A stretch of DNA of 64,000 nt from positions 58,149-122,148 of the forward strand of contig CAZNOH010000003.1 of the NCBI GenBank assembly GCA_964574655.1, in the 5' to 3' direction. Below are positions 58,899-64,000 of this stretch, piece after piece. Each line of letters opens with the position of its first letter. The stretch's first letter is position 1. Origin of the DNA: an uncultured Candidatus Saccharibacteria bacterium (lineage in GTDB: Bacteria; Patescibacteriota; JABMPQ01; JAQVVF01). Under the pieces are notes generated by a model, which made no database searches, was not told the origin of the DNA, and saw nothing but the letters and a program-made list of their open reading frames with translations. The position numbers were made by a program, and so were the translations under genes.

Positions 58899-59204
58899 TT
58901 ATTTTTTCAATAATTTTTGTTCTTCCTCAATAATTTTTAAAATGAGTTCTTCAATATTTATACCTCGCTGATAAGCTAACATAACTAATTGCATCAATGA
59001 ATCACCAATTGCATTATCAAGTTTCTGTTCGCTAAATTTTTCTTTACGAGATTCTTGATTCACATATTCTCGCGCTAATTCACCAATTTCTTCAACAACA
59101 TGATTAAAAATAAGTTGTTCATTTGATTTAATTTTTCTTTTTTTATCCCAAGCTAAAACAAATTCTACTATTTTATTCTGAAAATCATTAACTTTCATCG
59201 ACAT
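58899..59204 (-). CDS. MazG-like nucleotide pyrophosphohydrolase domain protein
   Basis: EEIGELAREY...DSLMQLVMLAY pattern of the MazG all-alpha NTP-PPase. Confidence 0.55.
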   Translation of the reverse strand: MSMKVNDFQNKIVEFVLAWDKKRKIKSNEQLIFNHVVEEIGELAREYVNQESRKEKFSEQKLDNAIGDSLMQLVMLAYQRGINIEELILKIIEEEQKLLKK

Positions 59205-59234
59205 AAATTTAATTATTGGTTATTGATTATTATT

Positions 59235-59963
59235 CTAAGCCGTTATTCCTGTCACGCCAGTCTTTTTTGTCATAATATACTGTTGTACAATTGCAAATAA
59301 AGTCGTTGTAATCCAATAAACTGCCAACCCAGCAGGCAAACTCATCGCAATAAACACTGTCATAAAAGGCATAAAATATGTCATCTGCTTGCCCAACATT
59401 CCAGCCATTTTATCTTTAGTTTTTTTCTGTTTTGAAAAGACCATCCATGATTGTACAAATTGCAAAAATCCAGCAATTATTGCCAAAATTAGATTTGGGG
59501 CAAGCATGCTCACTAATCCGAGAAACATCGGATTAATACTTGCTGGATGACTGACAAAAGAATAAAGCATATCCATATTAGAATTCATCAGACCCTTCTG
59601 AAATACTCCATATAATGCAAAAATAATTGGCAATTGAACTAACAAAGGAAGACAAGATGACATTGGATTTATTTTATTATCCTTGTAGAACTTCATCAAT
59701 TCTGCGCTTTGTTTTTGTTTATCATCTTTATATTTGCTTTTGATCTCCTCCATCTTCGGCTGTAAACCTTGCAAAGATTGTTGAGACTTCATCGACTTTA
59801 AAGATAATGGCAACAAAAGAAAACGAATCAAAATCGTTACAATAATAATTGCCACGCCAATATCGCCTATCAGATTATAAAGCCATACTAATAAATTCAG
59901 TAATGGTTGGAATAAAATAATATTATATAGTTGAATCATAATTTTGTTAAAAATTCTAAACAC
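59235..59963 (-). CDS. yidC: Membrane protein insertase YidC (short form)
   Basis: PMSSCLPLLVQLPIIFALYGVF and surrounding 5-TM core. In rnpA-yidD-yidC synteny. Confidence 0.85.
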   Translation of the reverse strand: MFRIFNKIMIQLYNIILFQPLLNLLVWLYNLIGDIGVAIIIVTILIRFLLLPLSLKSMKSQQSLQGLQPKMEEIKSKYKDDKQKQSAELMKFYKDNKINPMSSCLPLLVQLPIIFALYGVFQKGLMNSNMDMLYSFVSHPASINPMFLGLVSMLAPNLILAIIAGFLQFVQSWMVFSKQKKTKDKMAGMLGKQMTYFMPFMTVFIAMSLPAGLAVYWITTTLFAIVQQYIMTKKTGVTGITA

Positions 59964-60072
59964 TAAATCCTAAATTCTAAATAAATTCAAAACTCAAATT
60001 CCAAATTTTCAAAAACGCTTTAGAATTTTTAATTTTGTCCTTTGAATTTATTTAGGATTTTGTGCTTAGAAT

Positions 60073-60327
60073 TTAGAATTTTTCAGGAATATTATCAATT
60101 CCTCCCTTGCTCCATGGATTACACCTTAATACTCGCCAGCCAGCCAATAACACGCCTTTACAAATTCCATGTTTTTCAATTACCTGATATCCATATTCTG
60201 AACAAGTCGGATGATATTTGCAAACTCCATATGGAATATAATGAGAAATAAATCCATGGTCAGGAGAAATAGTTTTCTGATAAACTCGAATTAAAAATAA
60301 AAATGGAATTCTTAAATAATACAACAT
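60073..60327 (-). CDS. yidD: Membrane protein insertion efficiency factor YidD
   Basis: YQKTISPDHG...CKYHPTCSEYGYQVIEKHG...CNPWSKGG. Confidence 0.85.
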   Translation of the reverse strand: MLYYLRIPFLFLIRVYQKTISPDHGFISHYIPYGVCKYHPTCSEYGYQVIEKHGICKGVLLAGWRVLRCNPWSKGGIDNIPEKF

Positions 60328-60348
60328 CGAAATTTAATATTTAATATT

Positions 60349-60696
60349 TCAAATAACCAATCCAGCTTCAATCAAAACTCTGTCTATCGCTTCTGCAATT
60401 TCAGAATATTTTTTATCCACAATTTCAGGTTTCACAAGCACAATAATCTCAAATCCCTTTTTTAAATTACAATTTTTTATTTTTAATCTAAAAATTTCTC
60501 TCAAAATTCTTTTTATCTTATTCCTCACAACTGCCTTTTTCGAAATTTTCAGTCCAACCAAAAAACCAACACGCGTTATTTCTAATTTGCTTGGTACAAC
60601 TTTGATTGCTAGATACTTGTCCTTAAAAAATCTGCCTTTCTGATGAATGCGCGAAAAATTATCTTTTTTAGTTAATCTATTCTCTTTTGAAAGCAT
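60349..60696 (-). CDS. rnpA: RNase P protein component
   Basis: RNR motif region KAVVRNKIKRILREIFR. 115 aa. Between rpmH and yidD. Confidence 0.8.
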   Translation of the reverse strand: MLSKENRLTKKDNFSRIHQKGRFFKDKYLAIKVVPSKLEITRVGFLVGLKISKKAVVRNKIKRILREIFRLKIKNCNLKKGFEIIVLVKPEIVDKKYSEIAEAIDRVLIEAGLVI

Positions 60697-60734
60697 AATT
60701 AAAAATTAATGCAAAAGAATTTTTCGCAAGATTG

Positions 60735-60875
60735 CTAAACAGTCAGTCTTTTTCGACCTTTGGCTCTTCTTCTTTTCAATACATTCCTTCCGCCCTTTGT
60801 GCTCATCTTTTTCAAGAAGCCATGAGTTCTAGCTCTTTTTCTCTTTTTCGGTTGATATGTTCTTTTTGTTGCCAT
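60735..60875 (-). CDS. rpmH: 50S ribosomal protein L34 (not in ORF track, <60 aa)
   Basis: Manual translation: [46 protein letters not shown], canonical L34. Confidence 0.85.
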   Translation of the reverse strand: MATKRTYQPKKRKRARTHGFLKKMSTKGGRNVLKRRRAKGRKRLTV

Positions 60876-60982
60876 ATGTTTTAATTTACCAGAAAAAAAC
60901 TCTTCCGTCAATCCAATTCCGTTGTTGAAGAATCATCAAAATTTTGTTAATATTAGTAAAAGTTTATTTATATCAAAACAAA

Positions 60983-62065
60983 ATGCCACAAACAACAATA
61001 CCTCCAATAAAACCTCAACAAAACAGAGATGCGAAAAAAAATAAAAAACTAATCATCGCCTGCTGTTCAATTTTCGGTGCATTTTTTGTTATTCTTGTTG
61101 CCTCATTCATTATCCTCTGGATTGTCAGCTTTTCTAAAGATTTAAAACCAAACACAAATCTTCCTAATATTTCGCAAAATATTGCTCAAGTTGAACCAAT
61201 AAAATCACAATCTCAAATTTACAACATTACTGAAAACATAAATTTGCAAAACACTGGCCTTGAAGATTCTTATATGCAAACAGTTTATATTGCTAAATTT
61301 CACGACTTAGCTCCATATCAAGATGTCTTAGAAGAAACAATCTCTCCAACAAATTATGAATTGCTTAAAGATGAAAATAATAATGAATATCTAAAATACA
61401 CTTTTTATAATTTATCGCCTAATAGCTCAAGGACTTTTGATCTTCAATATAAAATAAAATTAAATAATGTTAATTATGATTTAAAAGATTGCCAAGGCGA
61501 ATCTATTAATCAGTTCTTACTTCCTGAAAAATCAGTTGAATCAAATAGTCCAGAAATTATAAACTTAGCGCAAAATATAACTAAAAATTCCAAGAATCAA
61601 TGCCAAGCATCAAAAGATATTTACAATTGGATTGGCAATAATATCAGCTATCCAGGCTACATTCCTGATGCCAAAGGCGCTTTTTGGGCATTACAAAACA
61701 AACAAGGAGACTGCACTGAATTTGCTGATTTAAATATTGCTTTAAATCGCGCTGACAATATTCCAGCCCGTTTTATCGAAGGCCTTGTTTACCAATCAGA
61801 TCAAGAAACAGATCCATCCCAAATGAAACATGACTGGACAGAAGTCTATCTGCCAAATACTGGTTGGGTACCTATTGATCCAACTTTTGGCAGGATAAAA
61901 TCAAAACGAAATGATTATTTTGCTAAACTTCCAGATACTCATGCGACTTTAACAGTCGGCCAAAATCTAGATATGTTGCATGGATATTATTTTTATTATT
62001 ATGAGTATAATGGCTCAACGATTGAAACCATTTCTGAACAATGGAGAATGCAAAAAGTAAAATAA
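60983..62065 (+). CDS. Membrane-anchored transglutaminase-like cysteine protease domain protein
   Basis: Cys-His-Asp triad context QGDCTEFADL ... KHDWTEVYLPNTGWVPIDPT. N-terminal TM. Start trimmed to MPQTTIPP. Confidence 0.65.
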   Translation: MPQTTIPPIKPQQNRDAKKNKKLIIACCSIFGAFFVILVASFIILWIVSFSKDLKPNTNLPNISQNIAQVEPIKSQSQIYNITENINLQNTGLEDSYMQTVYIAKFHDLAPYQDVLEETISPTNYELLKDENNNEYLKYTFYNLSPNSSRTFDLQYKIKLNNVNYDLKDCQGESINQFLLPEKSVESNSPEIINLAQNITKNSKNQCQASKDIYNWIGNNISYPGYIPDAKGAFWALQNKQGDCTEFADLNIALNRADNIPARFIEGLVYQSDQETDPSQMKHDWTEVYLPNTGWVPIDPTFGRIKSKRNDYFAKLPDTHATLTVGQNLDMLHGYYFYYYEYNGSTIETISEQWRMQKVK

Positions 62066-62082
62066 ATAATCTTAAAAATACC

Positions 62083-62110
62083 TTAACTAGGTATTTTTTG
62101 ATATAAAAAA
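62083..62110. terminator. Pair of facing terminator hairpins (taccttaactaggta+T-run for plus; aactagattatatctagtt+T-run for minus)
   Basis: Seen directly between convergent genes. Confidence 0.6.
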
Positions 62111-62127
62111 ACTAGATATAATCTAGT

Positions 62128-62427
62128 TCAAGGAACTTTTATTTCTTGTTTCGCCAAAGCAATATTTACTAACACCGAAATCCCTTGTTCAGTAATCCGA
62201 TAATAATTTCTCAAAACCTTAGCATATCTTCCATTGCTCGGTTTTAAATTAATTTGAATATCGCAATGCAGAACCATTTTCATTAACCATTTTCTAATCG
62301 AATATGCGTCTAATCTATTGCCAGAACAAGCTACAATATCATCACAACACATTTCCTCGCCATTTTCATGTAAAACTTCCAAGATCGCTCTTTCTTGCCA
62401 AGAATAATCGCTAGCGTTTTCGCTCAT
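62128..62427 (-). CDS. Hypothetical small protein (possible winged-helix fold), strong RBS
   Basis: GAGGAGGGAAAG upstream of ATG. No motif. Confidence 0.4.
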   Translation of the reverse strand: MSENASDYSWQERAILEVLHENGEEMCCDDIVACSGNRLDAYSIRKWLMKMVLHCDIQINLKPSNGRYAKVLRNYYRITEQGISVLVNIALAKQEIKVP

Positions 62428-62453
62428 CTCAGCTTTCCCTCCTCTTTCTAATT

Positions 62454-62927
62454 TCAGGAAATCGCAGAATTAATTCTGTGATAGAGATACCTAAAACGCA
62501 GAGGCAGATGACTTCTTTTTTGATCTTCCACAAACTGCTTTTTTGCTTCCAAAATAAATCCAGCCCAGCATATAATACTTGGCACATTCAAAAGCCTAAT
62601 CCAATCCATAAGTTCGCTAACAGAAATTCCTACCTTTCGTCTGTCACAAGAAATGTTACGCAAGCCATACCCAATTCCTCTAGCATTATCATTCACACCA
62701 GCAAAATAAACATTTTTCAAATTTTGCGTATCTCGTATAATGCCAAAGCCAATCATTCCGCATGACGAATCCACAGCCTCTGTCCATTCAACAACCAAGA
62801 TAGTTCCAGAGCTTACAATTTCAGTAACCACATCATCTACCAACAATCTCTCCAAAAATTCACGAATTGTCATGTTATACAGACAATTCCTCACCTGTTT
62901 TTCGTTACCGGAAAACATCGTTGCCAT
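62454..62927 (-). CDS. Hypothetical protein (start trimmed to ATG preceded by AAAAGGAGGAGAG)
   Basis: ORF with strong SD before internal MATMFSGNE. No motif. Confidence 0.4.
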   Translation of the reverse strand: MATMFSGNEKQVRNCLYNMTIREFLERLLVDDVVTEIVSSGTILVVEWTEAVDSSCGMIGFGIIRDTQNLKNVYFAGVNDNARGIGYGLRNISCDRRKVGISVSELMDWIRLLNVPSIICWAGFILEAKKQFVEDQKRSHLPLRFRYLYHRINSAIS

Positions 62928-63063
62928 CGTCTCTCCTCCTTTTTTCTGCAGCAAAAATTTTTCAAAGAACATTGTCATAGATTAACTAATTTTTACCAAA
63001 AAGTCAACAATCATTTTCAAAAAAGAATTAAAATAAAAAAAACTAGATCAAATTCAATCTAGT

Positions 63064-63420
63064 TTACGAAATAATTCTGAGGTAAAGATCAGCTACCTCC
63101 TTCAAACGCCTGACAACTTCATCATGAGTGATGCTATTTAATGCCATCTCTCTTGCAACTGTCTCCTCGCTCACAATGTCTCCATCGCTGTCAACTTCAT
63201 CTTGAGGATCCTTAATATGGCAAGTGAAAACCAATCTTGTCCCATTTCTCTTTATCCGATAGTTGCGATCACTTTTGCGAAAAATGACTATCGAACCATT
63301 CCTCGTGATCGAAAAAACAAGATCATCGTTCAACACATTTCTCAAAAACTCCAAGTTGCCATAAGCAAAATTCGCTCTTGCAATTTTGTCTCTCATTTCT
63401 TCAAGGTACGAGTTTGCCAT
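63064..63420 (-). CDS. Hypothetical protein (start trimmed to MANSYLEE preceded by AAAGGAGGAAATA)
   Basis: ORF, strong SD, followed by terminator aaactagat...atctagttt. Weak similarity to the next ORF. Confidence 0.4.
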   Translation of the reverse strand: MANSYLEEMRDKIARANFAYGNLEFLRNVLNDDLVFSITRNGSIVIFRKSDRNYRIKRNGTRLVFTCHIKDPQDEVDSDGDIVSEETVAREMALNSITHDEVVRRLKEVADLYLRIIS

Positions 63421-63526
63421 TATTTCCTCCTTTTGCAACCAGTCTAACTATATTCTAGCTGACCAAAAAAGCTAAAACAATAGCTTTCAACAAAAAAAAC
63501 AAGGCCAAAACCTTGTAAAAAGAACT

Positions 63527-63889
63527 TTACTTTGAAAGATGCTCAAAAATAACTTCAACTGCCTTCAAAATATTTGCTTCACATTTTTCTGTCCACCTTA
63601 CCACATCAGCGATGCTAACCTTTTGTTTACCTCGCTGCTGATCATCATTGTCCTGAACAAACAAGTCAAAGTAAATTTTTCCCTTCTCCTCATAGCAAAC
63701 TACAATTAATCTTTTCAACCCATAAAAAAAGCTATCAATATCAACCGAACAATCAACAATGTATGGAGCCCCCTTGAATCTTGCGATCAGAATTTCATCT
63801 TCCTGAACAAGCCTCAAAAATGCCTGCCAAGACATATCCTTCACAAATTCAAGGACTTCTTCTTTCGTGTTTGAAAACAAAATCGACAT
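63527..63889 (-). CDS. Hypothetical protein, possible paralog of 63064..63420
   Basis: AAAGGAGGCAGCG-ATG. Similar size and pattern (GxRLVFTCHIKD vs GKIYFDLFVQD; VVRRLKEVADLYL vs VVRWTEKCEANILKAVEVIFEHL). Terminator caaggccaaaaccttg downstream. Confidence 0.4.
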   Translation of the reverse strand: MSILFSNTKEEVLEFVKDMSWQAFLRLVQEDEILIARFKGAPYIVDCSVDIDSFFYGLKRLIVVCYEEKGKIYFDLFVQDNDDQQRGKQKVSIADVVRWTEKCEANILKAVEVIFEHLSK

Positions 63890-64000
63890 CGCTGCCTCCT
63901 TTATCTGCTACACTCCTCGTGTAGCAAAAAATGATTTAAAGAGCATACTTCAAGATACCTCAATTTGAATAAAAAAGCAAGGCCAATACCTTGTTTTATA

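Noticed and set aside
60876-60943. oriC/DnaA-box region next to rpmH
   Set aside because: The interval is only ~70 bp with no recognisable TTATCCACA-like boxes and no dnaA nearby, so an origin cannot be asserted from this window.

Overview
This is an AT-rich bacterial chromosomal segment, densely packed with genes. Most genes sit on the minus strand and have no Shine-Dalgarno sequence. The gene content suggests a small-genome, Gram-positive-type organism, possibly CPR/Patescibacteria-like; this is an inference, not a certainty. Clear housekeeping genes are gap, a PfkB-family sugar kinase, tRNA-Glu(UUC), valS, tsaD, tsaE, uppP, ruvB, gdh, a transketolase-family enzyme, a class-I aminotransferase, a PilB/GspE-type ATPase, Hsp20, and the origin-proximal cluster rpmH-rnpA-yidD-yidC-jag (no dnaA in the window). 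A disulfide/lipoprotein module (DsbA-like, CcdA-like, Lgt) lies at 2.0-4.4 kb. A cell-surface glycan cluster (two O-antigen-ligase-like proteins, a PMT/ArnT-type GT-C transferase, DedA, a GT4 transferase, a Wzx-like flippase) lies at 49.4-57.6 kb. The most striking content is an ~8 kb island of secreted proteins (12.8-20.8 kb) combining cohesin-like modules, a dockerin, WxL-type C-terminal domains, a BNR/Asp-box repeat protein, a LysM protein and a frameshifted class-A beta-lactamase-like gene. It looks like a hybrid cohesin-dockerin / WxL cell-surface complex. Other unusual points are: (i) several dispersed repeat families, including a palindromic MITE-like element; some of these and related 7-8 bp tandem repeats sit in-frame inside conserved genes (tsaD, valS, gdh, an O-antigen ligase), reminiscent of Rickettsia palindromic elements; (ii) a sharply bounded ~0.95 kb GC-rich island carrying one high-GC ORF of foreign (eukaryote- or high-GC-like) composition, next to a tandem cNMP-binding-domain protein; (iii) a second gene class with strong GGAGG ribosome-binding sites and higher GC, scattered among the SD-less native genes; (iv) several palindromic and iteron-like intergenic motifs and one candidate structured ncRNA. 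No CRISPR array, no rRNA and no recognisable transposase or integrase were seen.
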